64,000 nt of DNA. It comes from Bdellovibrionota bacterium (GTDB lineage Bacteria > Bdellovibrionota_C > UBA2361 > JAAYZI01). Of this stretch, positions 9,463 to 19,171 are shown one piece after another (the stretch's first letter is position 1; the number at the start of each line of letters is the position of its first letter). The notes under the pieces are model-generated. The model was not told where the DNA came from, did no database searches, and was given only the letters and a program-made list of their open reading frames with translations. The stretch covers positions 128,001-192,000 of the forward strand of contig JBMNIF010000003.1 of the NCBI GenBank assembly GCA_050950765.1, read 5' to 3'. Both the position numbers and the translations under genes were made by a program.

Positions 9463-12400
9463 TCACTTAGCAACCGTTAATGTTGTCTGTTGTCCCCGTC
9501 CAAAGATATCAGGATTATACATCTCTTCAACATGAGGCGGCAGAGCAATAAATTTTCCAGGAGCAATAACTTGCACTAAATAAGATAAATGATAATTCCC
9601 TGCACTAAGTCGATCGTCAGCATAGTATCTAACAACCTCATGCTTTAACTCTCGATGATAGAAGCTACCAGAATAAGAACCGAAGGTGTTCCAATCCTTA
9701 TGTTGATGGATAAAAGATCCTTCACTATACGATCCTGCGCTATACGCATCGTTAGCAGAGGTCGTTGCTAGATCAGTATTCACCGCTTCGACACCAGCAG
9801 GAAGAGGATCTTCTAAAACTACATAATTTCTCTCAGTAGGCACCATCACAAAGAGGTCGACCCGCATAATATCGCCTGTTTCTAAGGCTTGTCCCTCTTT
9901 AAGTAATTCAAATTTATCGCCACGTTTAAGACTGTACTCCCTTTTAATGGCGATACCGGCATTGGTCTCTGGCACAACACCTTTCGGAGCATACGCTAAA
10001 GTAGCTGTATAATAAGCTCTCCCTTTATCTGTGGCACTAAACTTCAACTCCGTACTACGTCCGAGATCTTCCTCTTTAATTGTACGGGTTACTTCCTGCA
10101 CAAGGTGCTTATCACCTGCAAAAGAGAACTTCGCTAATTTTTCATCCCCTAAAGCCACACTCATTACAAAATCAGGAGTAACTCCTTCATATATAGATCC
10201 ATAATTTACTAACGCTGTTGTACAGAAAGCATTCTCCTGCGTATTATTCCAAGCGCCATCCTTCCCCTTTGCAGTAGCGATAGATCGAACTAGTTTTTCT
10301 GAAAGTGTTCTGATGACTGTGTCATCACCTGTTGTAGCTTTCTTATAATCTAATAACGCCAACAAGACGGCACAATCACTCCGTCTCTGCGAATCAAGCA
10401 TCCTCACAAAAGAGAGATCGGCACGTTCCGTAAAAGAGAGCTTTCCAGATGTTTCATCACCATAAGTCAGTAATGAATTAAAAACCTTCTCTCGCTCTTT
10501 AAGAGGAGCAGAAGTTTTAAGAAGCGCCTGCAAGAGATTAGCCTTTGAAAAAAGAGACATCTCTTCTAGATACGGTAAGAGACGATTTACTTCGGAGTAA
10601 TCAACCTTTGCCCGATCTGCCAAAGCTGCGACGATAACAGATCTGACCGTTAAGAGCTCGGCACGATTCTTTTCATTATCTTCTCTTAGTAACGATAATA
10701 AATAATTATCTAGCTTCTCTTCTACAATAGTTGGAATTTCATAACCGAGTTGACGCAACCAAGAAAAAGCAAGAGCAGTGTAAGCACTAAGGTATGCACT
10801 TACATATTGATCTTGCGCTACAAAAAATGTCATTCCACCATTTGGCGCTTGAAAATCTAGCGCTTCGGCTATTATCTTTGTAGTTTCTTTAAAACCGCCA
10901 TCTTCCCACTTAAAAGACTCCGGCAAGCTTTTCTGCACCTTTCCATAGAGAGCTGACATAACAGCACGACTTAATTTTTGCTCCCAACACGGATACGGAT
11001 AATCTCGCATCTTTGCAAAAGCACCCTCTAACGTTCCAAGTAAAGTTGAAGATGCTGTAATAGTAAGAGCGCTATCGTTAACGTAAATATCCTTAGGAAA
11101 AGCAAACGGAATAGCAACAGAGCCTCTACGATCATCCGCCTTTGAATGCGCTACTAAAGAACCGTTTAGCCCTACCCTCTCTTTATTTTTACGTAGAGAA
11201 ACGGGGAGTTCCATAACCGTACTATCAGAATCAAGCGCATCTCCAGCAGTAACATTAAGTTTTATTGTCCCTACTTCAGTTACTGTTAAAGGAAGCTCTA
11301 TCACGATACGTTTAAACGGTTCAGCTATTATACTTTGTTGATGATCACTCTGATCATCAACAGGTCCGCTAGCCTTAAACTTCACACTTAACGTCCTTGT
11401 ATTTTCAGTACGATTCATTACTGTCGCCCGCGCTGTAAAACTATCTCCAACCCTGATCTGATTAGGCAAGGCGGGGCGAATCTCCGTCGGCTGATTAACT
11501 TTAAAGTCAGCAAAATTAACTCCCATCCGATCTATCTTATCGGCAGCGATAACTAGCACCCTCCAACTTGTAAGATTATCAGGCAGATCGAATTCAATCT
11601 TGGCACGCCCCTTTTCATCAGTCATTACAGATGGATTCCAGTACGCCACAAACTTGAATTGGCTACGCATATCTTGAGTAGCGGCACCTCCTCCTCCAGG
11701 GTTTGCGCCCTTTTTCTCAAAGTTTTGACGACCTACTAATTGAGCTATGATATTCAGATTCACAACATCTAACGGCTGTAAGTCATAAAATCCTTTATAC
11801 GGATCAAAATAATCTATTCCATCTTTAATTAGATCAAAAACAGATTCATCAAGTACAATAGCAGCTAACTCTGTCGGTACGATATCACCGGAAGGTGTTT
11901 TAACATTAATATCAACAACGGCGTGAGCGCGCGGCTTGTAAATTTTCTCTTGCGGAGAAACCGTTATATTTAACTTCTTTTCATCACCCACAACTTTAAT
12001 AGCCGCATACCCCATTGCAAAAGCAGGCTTTCCGAGATCAACATCGTTTTCTAACGGCTTCTCCTCAACACGTGGCGACATCACAACCACCGAGACATAA
12101 AACCCAGGGAGATCGCCCTTTGTTATCGGAAAGGTTAAAACCTCCGAACTTTCATTCAAGACCTTCACCTGCTGCGTTTTAATTCCGTACCTTTCTGTTG
12201 TAATTAAAGCTCGCGCCTTAGGATACGGATTTTTTACCAAGACCCGTGCTATATCTCCAACACGATATTCACTTTTATCAACTTGCAGATCTAAAGCGTT
12301 ATCAGTTTCACTTGCAAAGAGTGTAAATTCACTACCAATAGCAAAGCGATCCAAACTACTACTATGTTTACGCCCCTTAGTATCTTTAATAATACCTCTA

Positions 12401-15144
12401 ATTCGATAAGTTCCAGATTTATCCGGAACAAAGGCGCACTTCTGAATCGTTGCAGCGCCATTCAAAGCGCACCGTTCAACTACCTTCCACGCCACCGAAT
12501 ACTTCGTAATATAGGCGTTTCCTGCACTCTTTACCCGAGTAGCCTTCCGTATCTTTCTTTTTATAACTACGTCGGCAGGGGTATCAGAAACGAGTTCGCC
12601 ATCATCGTTAACAACTATTACATCTACACTAAAAGTCTTTCCGGCTTCTAAAATCCAATCTTTCTGGCTAACTCCGACGTACCTATCTAAACCAGCATAG
12701 ACTGCCTGCGTTGTAGCAGCCACAGACTTACCACGATCATCACTAACAGCGCTTTCAACTTGCACCGTTCCATAAGGGATCTTTAGATCAGGAACTTTAA
12801 AATCAAGAACGTTTAAACCTTTTTTATCAAGATATGTAGAAGTTTTAGAGAGGTCTTGACTCTCCCAACGATCCTTTTCATCTGCAAAAACGAAGTCTTT
12901 TAACTCTTCTTTTTTAGGCTTAATTTCACTTGGCGCAACGTATGAGGTCACTCTAAGGGGAGCTTCAGCGTAAGGTCCCCCAGCGTATAAAGTTGCTGAA
13001 GTATCAAGTTTAATAAGATCACCACTAAGGTATTTCTTCTTATCTAAAGCAACTCGAACTTGATATGCAGCTGGAGTAAAGTCACTTACTAAAACCTTTA
13101 GAGGTCTCCAAGATAAGTTATTACCAGCAAAATCACCTCTTAATTCTAAATAATACCACCCGCTAGTCGCATTTTTTGAAGTGACGAACTCACCACTTAC
13201 TGTTCCAAACTCGGAAAGGGTAAGATCTTTTCTCTCTTCTACTACATTACCAAGGGGATCTACTAATTTTAACGAATACCCCTCACGTGGTGCCGGTCCA
13301 AATCCAGAATTGTTCTGATTCCTAACAAATATCTTATAAGCGATAGCCTCACCTGCTCTATAAATTCCTTGTGTAGTTGTGCCCCACGCCTGTAAATGCC
13401 CGTATTTTTCACTGATATAGCTACCGATATCCCAATCATAAACCTTAAAATTATACTTAGAGGGAACAAGTGCTAAATCACGATCTTTCGTGACTTTAAC
13501 CATCAAACTATTCTTTTTACGATCCCACTCATCAACCAAAGTTAGTTTAGGATCTAAGCTTTCCAAACCAGGTAAAATTGCTACACCATCTCGATTAGTT
13601 TTCCCCTTAGCCAAGACTATGGAAGACCTTCCGAATCCCTCCATCTGATCATTTACGATCTCAACCGCAGCATCACTGACAGGCTTACCATCAGCAAAAC
13701 TTGTTACCCAAACCAAACTATTAAAATGCCCCAACTTAGCGTGCACATGAAAGGGCGTTACTTGTGAAAAGAACCAAGTAGATTTTAATTTTTCTGGAGT
13801 TATCTTCCCTTCAATAACTCCGGAATCGTCCCCGAGCAGATCTCTCACTTTAAAGGGATACCGATAAGAGAGGTCTTCGACATTATATCCTTTTAAGTTT
13901 GTAACTCCTGTATCTCTAGTAGTAGCGGTTGTCGATGTATACGAGACGGCAACGTTATCGATATTAGTCAGATAAATCGGCAAATGCGAATCAACTCCCT
14001 TCTCAAGAACTGAAACTTCATGATCAAAAACGAACCTAGGAGGTCGTGATCCTGTTAGAAGTGTTAGATTAAACGGCTCTTGTAGTGGTCGATTAAAAGC
14101 ATCCTTTAAACTTCCTGCAGACGCTGAAAAAGCGAGGTGTCTGTTAGCTGGTAGAAACTCATATAACTTAGCGTTAAAGCCCTCTTCCGTATTTGAAGTG
14201 TAAAGGCTTGTATCGCGCCACTGCGCTCTCCACATCTCTAGGCGCGCTTTATCAGAGATAAGTTTAGGTTCAAGTTGCACATCAAAATCACCATCTTTAG
14301 AAAGTGGTGCTGAAAAGACTAACTCCATTCCTTCTACGGGATTACACTTTTCACTCTGCTTTTCAGAAAGGGAGACACGGATAGGAGAGCCGGAATAGCT
14401 CCAACACCTTAAAGCTAAAAGTTTAAAGTCGCCAAACGTATTAAAATTATCGAGATCTTCTTCTTGCTCTCCTAGTTCAGTACCATCCTTAGCACTTAAA
14501 CCTTTCGTTATATGCACACTTATCTTCTTATCTAGCGGTAGATCTTTTACAGGGATAACGTCATACCTACGCAACATAACTTCACCATCATCGTACTTAG
14601 CAAGAGTTGCATTAACCGCCACACTGCTTTCATCGAAACGAAGACTTAAAACGTTTTCAAGGCTCTCCAGATCGATATCAAGGTTTGTATCTACCCGTAA
14701 AACTGGCAAAGCGGGAGAGAGCCAATTCACAACACTTAAAGACAAGATACGTGGACGTTGTGTAATAAAAGATCTTCGAAATTCATCTACTAATTCAGAA
14801 CCGTTTAAAGCCTTAATCCCAGCAGGAACAAGCACTTCATACTTTGTTGCAGGAAGAAAGGTACCACCGTTTTTAATTCTACACGCTAAAGTGTCCGTTG
14901 AGATCCAACGCCAATCACACGGCACTTCTGGCGAAAGTTTTATACCGAGCTTTGAAATATCTTGTATGGCAGAACCGAAAGGTGCCATCTGTGTATCAAA
15001 CTGAATCACCATCTCTTGCCCGTTAGGCACATCCTCTCCCGTTGGTGTCATCCGAATAATATGTAAAGCTAATGCAGAATGCGGAGATAGAAAGATAGAA
15101 AAAAAGAGTACTAAAAAGGTAGTAATTTTCTTAGTTATCTTCAT
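9463..15144 (-). CDS. Bacterial alpha-2-macroglobulin family protein
   Basis: About 1890 aa; YRAGE and LPDNLTSWRV MG-type motifs, thioester motif YPYPCWEQ, C-terminal LEDPLPAGVE and EEMYNP. Confidence 0.92.
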   Translation of the reverse strand: MKITKKITTFLVLFFSIFLSPHSALALHIIRMTPTGEDVPNGQEMVIQFDTQMAPFGSAIQDISKLGIKLSPEVPCDWRWISTDTLACRIKNGGTFLPATKYEVLVPAGIKALNGSELVDEFRRSFITQRPRILSLSVVNWLSPALPVLRVDTNLDIDLESLENVLSLRFDESSVAVNATLAKYDDGEVMLRRYDVIPVKDLPLDKKISVHITKGLSAKDGTELGEQEEDLDNFNTFGDFKLLALRCWSYSGSPIRVSLSEKQSEKCNPVEGMELVFSAPLSKDGDFDVQLEPKLISDKARLEMWRAQWRDTSLYTSNTEEGFNAKLYEFLPANRHLAFSASAGSLKDAFNRPLQEPFNLTLLTGSRPPRFVFDHEVSVLEKGVDSHLPIYLTNIDNVAVSYTSTTATTRDTGVTNLKGYNVEDLSYRYPFKVRDLLGDDSGVIEGKITPEKLKSTWFFSQVTPFHVHAKLGHFNSLVWVTSFADGKPVSDAAVEIVNDQMEGFGRSSIVLAKGKTNRDGVAILPGLESLDPKLTLVDEWDRKKNSLMVKVTKDRDLALVPSKYNFKVYDWDIGSYISEKYGHLQAWGTTTQGIYRAGEAIAYKIFVRNQNNSGFGPAPREGYSLKLVDPLGNVVEERKDLTLSEFGTVSGEFVTSKNATSGWYYLELRGDFAGNNLSWRPLKVLVSDFTPAAYQVRVALDKKKYLSGDLIKLDTSATLYAGGPYAEAPLRVTSYVAPSEIKPKKEELKDFVFADEKDRWESQDLSKTSTYLDKKGLNVLDFKVPDLKIPYGTVQVESAVSDDRGKSVAATTQAVYAGLDRYVGVSQKDWILEAGKTFSVDVIVVNDDGELVSDTPADVVIKRKIRKATRVKSAGNAYITKYSVAWKVVERCALNGAATIQKCAFVPDKSGTYRIRGIIKDTKGRKHSSSLDRFAIGSEFTLFASETDNALDLQVDKSEYRVGDIARVLVKNPYPKARALITTERYGIKTQQVKVLNESSEVLTFPITKGDLPGFYVSVVVMSPRVEEKPLENDVDLGKPAFAMGYAAIKVVGDEKKLNITVSPQEKIYKPRAHAVVDINVKTPSGDIVPTELAAIVLDESVFDLIKDGIDYFDPYKGFYDLQPLDVVNLNIIAQLVGRQNFEKKGANPGGGGAATQDMRSQFKFVAYWNPSVMTDEKGRAKIEFDLPDNLTSWRVLVIAADKIDRMGVNFADFKVNQPTEIRPALPNQIRVGDSFTARATVMNRTENTRTLSVKFKASGPVDDQSDHQQSIIAEPFKRIVIELPLTVTEVGTIKLNVTAGDALDSDSTVMELPVSLRKNKERVGLNGSLVAHSKADDRRGSVAIPFAFPKDIYVNDSALTITASSTLLGTLEGAFAKMRDYPYPCWEQKLSRAVMSALYGKVQKSLPESFKWEDGGFKETTKIIAEALDFQAPNGGMTFFVAQDQYVSAYLSAYTALAFSWLRQLGYEIPTIVEEKLDNYLLSLLREDNEKNRAELLTVRSVIVAALADRAKVDYSEVNRLLPYLEEMSLFSKANLLQALLKTSAPLKEREKVFNSLLTYGDETSGKLSFTERADLSFVRMLDSQRRSDCAVLLALLDYKKATTGDDTVIRTLSEKLVRSIATAKGKDGAWNNTQENAFCTTALVNYGSIYEGVTPDFVMSVALGDEKLAKFSFAGDKHLVQEVTRTIKEEDLGRSTELKFSATDKGRAYYTATLAYAPKGVVPETNAGIAIKREYSLKRGDKFELLKEGQALETGDIMRVDLFVMVPTERNYVVLEDPLPAGVEAVNTDLATTSANDAYSAGSYSEGSFIHQHKDWNTFGSYSGSFYHRELKHEVVRYYADDRLSAGNYHLSYLVQVIAPGKFIALPPHVEEMYNPDIFGRGQQTTLTVAK

Positions 15145-15364
15145 ACGGATCACCTTAATTTTAAGCTGAAAAAATATCCGGAGAATATTATTTTTTTTAC
15201 GTTACCGGACTTTGCTAAGATACCCTTGAAGGGTCTACTAGAGCAAGGTTTTTATCGTGCTAAGTCTTCTTTTCTAATGACTATCTTCGTTTTAGCAGGA
15301 TGTGGAACATTTCTAGTAGAAAGGTGACTATTCCTTATTAGAAATTATCCTTCTTAAGGAACTT

Positions 15365-15895
15365 ATTCTAGGTTCTGAAATATAGCATGGAAAAAAGGCT
15401 GCTCGATCTCCTCAAGAAACCGTTTCACACGGTGAAGCAGCACAATTCTAGATTCTGAAACGTAGCAGGAAAAAAGGCTGCTCGATCTCCTCAAGAAACC
15501 GTTTCACACGGTGAAGTAGCACAATTCTAGATTCTGAAACGTGGCAGGAAAAAAAGCTGCTCGATCTCCTCGAAAAACCGTTTCACACGGTGAAGCAGCA
15601 CAATTCTAGATTCTGAAACGTAGCAGGAAAAAAGGCTGCTCGATCTCCTCGAGAAGCCGTTTCACACGGTGAAGTAGCACAATTCTAGATTCTGAAACGT
15701 GGCAGGAAAAAAGGCTGCTCGATCTCCTCAAGAAACCGTTTCACACGGTGAAGCAGCACAATTCTAGATTCTGAAACGTGGCAGGAAAAAAGGCTGCTCG
15801 ATCTCCTCGAGAAGCCGTTTCACACGGTGAAGCAGCACAATTCTAGATTCTGAAACGTGGCAGGAAAAAAGGCTGCTCGATCTCCTCGAGAAGCC
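15365..15895. repeat. 79-bp tandem array, about 6.7 copies, no unique spacers
   Basis: ATTCTAG anchor at 15365, 15445, 15524, 15603, 15682, 15761 and 15840. Confidence 0.97.
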
Positions 15896-15949
15896 ATTTT
15901 AGATTACTCCCTCTTGATACTATTTTTTTTTTAAAACAGTATTAGATGA

Positions 15950-16756
15950 TCACCCCAACAAAGCTTGTACTATATGCGCCGATTGATTGGATTGTGCCAT
16001 AATTGCCGCACTGGAGTCTCTTCTAATATTCGCTGCTACATTTCTAGCGCTCTCTTCAGCGACCTTAACATCCCGAATCTCAGACTGGGCACTAATACTT
16101 TCAACCTCACTAGTGGTGTTATTGGATGTTGCTGTGTTTAAGCGACTTACCGTAGCTCCGAGTTGTGCGCGTAACGCTGTAATTTCACCAGTGGTAGAAG
16201 CAGCTGCATCCAGAGCATTAGCACCTCCCTCCTGAGTTCCGATATCTCTTTTACTAAGGTCTTCTAATTTTTTACTCAGATCCAATCTAGAAACTTCAAT
16301 CTGACTTCTTGAGCTACCGTCATTTCCAACTTGAATAGTGACACCTTTTTCATCAAACACCTTTGAACCGTTATATTCCGTAGTTTGCGCCACACGTTGC
16401 GCTTCCTGAGCTAAGGCATCATACTCCTCCTTCATCTGCGAACGTTGTTCATCAGAGTAGGTGCCGTTTGCAGATTGAGTAGCGAGCTCTGCCATCCTAG
16501 TAGTCATATCACTAATCTCAGATAGAGCAGAATCCGCGATATCAGCAGCAGAATTACCGGAACCGATATTACGATTTGCCACCTCTAAAGTTGCAGCTTC
16601 GCTCTCAAGCTTCGCCGCAATCGCCACTCCTGCTGCATCATCGGAGGTCTTATTGAGTTTAGATCCGCTTGATAATTTTTCTTCTGATTTTTTTACTTCC
16701 TGATTAGAAGAATTAAGATATCTCGATATAAGAGAATTTATTTTGCCAAGTGCCAT
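15950..16756 (-). CDS. fliC: Flagellin (short, D0/D1 only)
   Basis: KLSSGSKLNKTSDDAAG, RMAELATQSANGTYS, IQVG, RAQLGATVSRL, SEIRDV; GAGGAG RBS before the ATG at 16756. Confidence 0.9.
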   Translation of the reverse strand: MALGKINSLISRYLNSSNQEVKKSEEKLSSGSKLNKTSDDAAGVAIAAKLESEAATLEVANRNIGSGNSAADIADSALSEISDMTTRMAELATQSANGTYSDEQRSQMKEEYDALAQEAQRVAQTTEYNGSKVFDEKGVTIQVGNDGSSRSQIEVSRLDLSKKLEDLSKRDIGTQEGGANALDAAASTTGEITALRAQLGATVSRLNTATSNNTTSEVESISAQSEIRDVKVAEESARNVAANIRRDSSAAIMAQSNQSAHIVQALLG

Positions 16757-16872
16757 AATACTCCTCACTTCTTGAGAGACCTGTTATAACAACTACTTAC
16801 ACGACAGGTCAGTACAATCCTTTTAGACCCTCCAAAGAAGTTTTTGCTGCATACTCCTAAGAGGTATGGTTT

Positions 16873-16899
16873 GTATCGACCTCCCTCGAAAATCCTTAA
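16873..16899 (-). promoter_or_regulatory. Putative sigma-28 (FliA) promoter of the flagellin
   Basis: Minus strand TTAAGGAT-N11-GTCGATAC against consensus TAAAGTTT-N11-GCCGATAA, about 120 nt upstream of the flagellin start. Confidence 0.55.
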
Positions 16900-17087
16900 T
16901 AATCTGACGCACTTTTAATATTAAAATATCAAACGCCGTTAGTTACTACAAAACTCCCCTCCTCTTGTAATTTTCTTTAAAATTATCCTAAACTTAGCCC
17001 TGATTACCCCCGCTGCAAATCATCTGTAAAAATTAAGTAAAGAGATATTTTGATGGGAGTTTGATAGCACCTTTCACGGAGTTTTTT

Positions 17088-18680
17088 ATGACACGAAAAG
17101 AGGATTTATTATTGCTAAACGGTGATGAAGCTATTGCACAAGGTGCCTATGATGCAGGCGTTGCATTGGCGTGCGGATATCCAGGAACCCCCTCGACCGA
17201 AATTCTTGAGCACTATGCCAAAATTGGCGGCAAGGCACAGTGGGAGCCTAATGAAAAAGTTGCTCTTGAAGTTGCTATCGGAGTTGCCTTTACAAAAGCA
17301 CGTAGCCTCGTAACCATGAAGCATGTTGGTCTTAACGTAGCAGCAGATCCTCTCTTTACTGTGGCATACTCCGGCATAACGGGTGCGCTTGTAATCGTAT
17401 CTGCTGACGATCCAGGGATGGCATCTTCACAAAATGAACAGGACAACCGTTATTACGCTAAAGCCTCCGGATGTCCGATGTTAGAACCTGCCGATAGTCA
17501 AGAGGCGTACGACTTTACACGTTTGGCCTTTACCCTTTCTGAAAAATATCAGATCCCTGTTATTTTACGAATTACAACACGAGTCTGTCATACTAAGGGT
17601 AAAGTTTTACGTAGTGCAGTAAGTGCTGCACCACAAACAAGCTTTGAGTATAATATTAAGCAGCAAGTTATGGTTCCTGCTAATGCTCGTCCTGCACATA
17701 AACGTTTACGTGAAAAATTGGCTCAGATCGCAACGTGGAATGAAACAGCACCTTGCAATACAGTAGAGATAGCTGACCCTGAAATGGCGATTATCACCTG
17801 TGGGGTTTCGTATCTTCATGCAAAAGAGGCTTTCCCCACTGCAAGTTTTTTTAAGATCGGCATGGCGCATCCATTACCTCTAGCCGCCATTACGGCTTTT
17901 AGAGAAAAGGTGAAGCGGTGTCTCGTTATAGAGGAAGGAGAGCCTTTTATCGCAGAAGCGTTACGTGCAACAGGACTCACTATCGAAGATAAGCCGGAGG
18001 TGTACCGTTTCGGAGAATTAAATGTTGAACGTGTCCGCAAGATCGTAAACGGAGATACCTCACCTGATCCTGTAATCCCAGCAGGTAAACCACCGCAGCT
18101 ATGTAATGGCTGTCCGCACCGAAAATCATTTGAAGCGCTTAAAGCAACAGATTGTATAGTGGCGGGAGATATCGGGTGCTATACCCTTGCAGCCATGCCT
18201 CCTTTAGAGGCTTTACATACGCAGCTCTGCATGGGAGCGAGTATCGGAATGGGGCTTGGTATGCGTCAGGCACTCTCTGACAATGAAGCTCGACGTGTCG
18301 TCAGTGTTATCGGGGATAGTACATTTTTCCACAGCGGCATCACAGGACTTGTTGAAGCGGTCTACAACAAACCTGCAAATGGACACGTTGTTGTCATCCT
18401 TGATAATAACACTACTGCCATGACAGGTTTGCAGGAGCACCCAGGTACAGGTGCTACACTCACTCACGCACCTGGTAATAAAATAATTATTGAAGATCTA
18501 GTACGTGGACTCGGCATTACTGAAGTTTATGTTGTAGACCCGCTCTTAGAAAACGACCGCCTTAAGGAGCTACTCCTTTTGGCACGGAATAAGGATGAAA
18601 TCACCGTCATCATCTCACGACGCAGCTGTATTTTAGCAGCAAAAGCAAATGCTCGTCGGGCAAAAAAGGAGAATCAATAA
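17088..18680 (+). CDS. iorA: Indolepyruvate:ferredoxin oxidoreductase alpha subunit (short form, no C-terminal ferredoxin domain)
   Basis: GYPGTPSTEI, NEKVALE, MKHVGLNVAAD, SSQNEQD, LCNGCPHR, GDIGCYTL, IGDSTFFHSG. Confidence 0.93.
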   Translation: MTRKEDLLLLNGDEAIAQGAYDAGVALACGYPGTPSTEILEHYAKIGGKAQWEPNEKVALEVAIGVAFTKARSLVTMKHVGLNVAADPLFTVAYSGITGALVIVSADDPGMASSQNEQDNRYYAKASGCPMLEPADSQEAYDFTRLAFTLSEKYQIPVILRITTRVCHTKGKVLRSAVSAAPQTSFEYNIKQQVMVPANARPAHKRLREKLAQIATWNETAPCNTVEIADPEMAIITCGVSYLHAKEAFPTASFFKIGMAHPLPLAAITAFREKVKRCLVIEEGEPFIAEALRATGLTIEDKPEVYRFGELNVERVRKIVNGDTSPDPVIPAGKPPQLCNGCPHRKSFEALKATDCIVAGDIGCYTLAAMPPLEALHTQLCMGASIGMGLGMRQALSDNEARRVVSVIGDSTFFHSGITGLVEAVYNKPANGHVVVILDNNTTAMTGLQEHPGTGATLTHAPGNKIIIEDLVRGLGITEVYVVDPLLENDRLKELLLLARNKDEITVIISRRSCILAAKANARRAKKENQ

Positions 18681-18682
18681 AG

Positions 18683-19171
18683 ATGTCAAAAAAATCTACA
18701 GATATAGTAATTGCTGGACTAGGTGGACAAGGTGTCTTAACGTGCGCAAACATCGTTGCTTATGCCGCCTTTCTTGCTGGTTTTGATGTTAAAGAATCAG
18801 AAGTTCACGGCATGAGTCAACGTGGCGGTTCTGTTTCAAGTGATATCCGTTTTGGAGAAAAGATCTTTAGTCCAATGATCTCGAGTGGAGAGGCTGATTT
18901 CTTAATCCTCTTATCAGATACTGAAGAAGCTCGTAGTTTACACTATCTACGTCCGAAAAGCGGAGTTGTTTTATATTCATCAAAGATAGACGTTAAAGCT
19001 TTACCGCTTCCAGCAGTATTAAATACCGTACTTCTTGGCTCCTTAAGTAAGTTGTTAGAGGGAGAGCAAAACATTCCTACGCAGTGCTGGGAAGAGGCTA
19101 TTACAAAACACGTTCCAGCAACATTTATTAAAGAGAACTTAGAAGCTTTTAAACTGGGGTTACTACAATGA
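18683..19171 (+). CDS. iorB: Indolepyruvate:ferredoxin oxidoreductase beta subunit
   Basis: AGLGGQGVL, SEVHGMSQRGGSV; directly after iorA. Confidence 0.92.
   Translation: MSKKSTDIVIAGLGGQGVLTCANIVAYAAFLAGFDVKESEVHGMSQRGGSVSSDIRFGEKIFSPMISSGEADFLILLSDTEEARSLHYLRPKSGVVLYSSKIDVKALPLPAVLNTVLLGSLSKLLEGEQNIPTQCWEEAITKHVPATFIKENLEAFKLGLLQ

Noticed and set aside
15387..15458. Small ORF MEKRLLDLLKKPFHTVKQHNSRF in the first array unit
   Set aside because: No RBS, the ATG is present only in the degenerate first unit, and some units carry an in-frame TAG
15365..15895. CRISPR array
   Set aside because: Whole 79-bp units repeat with only point variants; no unique spacers and no cas genes in the window
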